A DNA stretch of 64,000 bases, taken from the sequence record HQ630627.1; one strand, given 5' to 3'. A model generated the notes under the pieces. It was not told the DNA's origin, made no database searches, and saw nothing but the letters and a program-made list of their open reading frames with translations. Below, piece by piece: positions 63,664 through 64,000 of this stretch. The DNA is from Pseudomonas phage PhiPA3. The stretch's first letter is position 1; every line of letters begins with the position of its first letter. Position numbers and translations under genes: made by a program.

Positions 63664-64000
63664 TTATGCACGGAACATACTGAAGTACATAGCGTCGATA
63701 AATTCGAAGTCCATGTGAATCAGCTTCTCCATGCGAAATCGCCAGAGCGTATACTTCTTAGCTTCGACATTAATGTTTGATACGTCGTGCTCAAAGATCT
63801 TAGGTCCAATGAAATTGAAACAGTTCATTTTGACCTTACCCAGCTCTTCTGCATGATACTTTACCCACGGAATAAAATCGTAAGTAATGTACATAGCAAA
63901 TAAGGCGTCCATAAAGAACGGGGACAGTTCTTCCATGGAGTGTTTAACGATCTCGACGGTGGTAGATTGCCCATAGAGCTCTTTGATGATCTCTACGAGT
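63664..64000 (-). CDS. hypothetical protein, 5'-truncated at window end
   Basis: The minus-strand frame is open, with no stop, from 64000 through the track ORF 63664..63936. Confidence 0.45.
   Translation of the reverse strand, partial: LVEIIKELYGQSTTVEIVKHSMEELSPFFMDALFAMYITYDFIPWVKYHAEELGKVKMNCFNFIGPKIFEHDVSNINVEAKKYTLWRFRMEKLIHMDFEFIDAMYFSMFRA

Overview
This 64-kb window looks like a phiKZ-like (Chimalliviridae-type) jumbo phage genome. It is densely coded, about 47% GC, almost all on the + strand, punctuated by GC-rich hairpin terminators, with no rRNA, tRNA or CRISPR seen. Every product call is inferred by eye from the translated sequence; no database search was run. In order, the window contains the following. 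(1) 1-7.8 kb: a 5'-truncated hyper-acidic protein, then five large hypothetical (probably virion) proteins. (2) 7.8-18.5 kb: an early-gene island of about 40 small + strand ORFs, many of them TM microproteins. Four sites carry a dyad-symmetric motif CTATATTACAAATGTGATA, each about 40 nt after a terminator and 26-33 nt before an ATG, which I read as phiKZ-type early promoters. The island includes a TARG1/DarG-type macrodomain gene. (3) 18.45-19.26 kb: an 0.8-kb ORF-free, hairpin-rich region. (4) 19.26-23.5 kb: a minus-strand cassette in which a DnaB-family helicase gene is split by a ~1.8-kb group I intron carrying an HNH homing endonuclease ORF; the intron's P, Q, R and S core elements are recognisable. 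(5) 24.3-48.3 kb: the major capsid protein (747 aa), a candidate portal (900 aa), and a tandem array of four paralogous fibre-like proteins plus one 107-aa mini-paralog. (6) 48.3-53.9 kb: a 2OG-Fe(II)-oxygenase-like protein, a RuvC-like resolvase, overlapped i-/o-spanins, and an endolysin with a PG-binding domain plus a lytic transglycosylase domain. (7) 53.9-63.6 kb: tail-fibre proteins with collagen-like GDKGDK tracts and SAYEIAV..G(Y/F)TGTE.EW repeats, and N- and C-terminal modules shared between different fibres. The window ends in a truncated minus-strand gene. The most notable items are the intron-split helicase, the phage macrodomain as a possible anti-ADP-ribosylation counter-defence, a recurrent 'ACATA - hairpin - TTTATGCCG' module, and a possible frameshift at a C6 tract.
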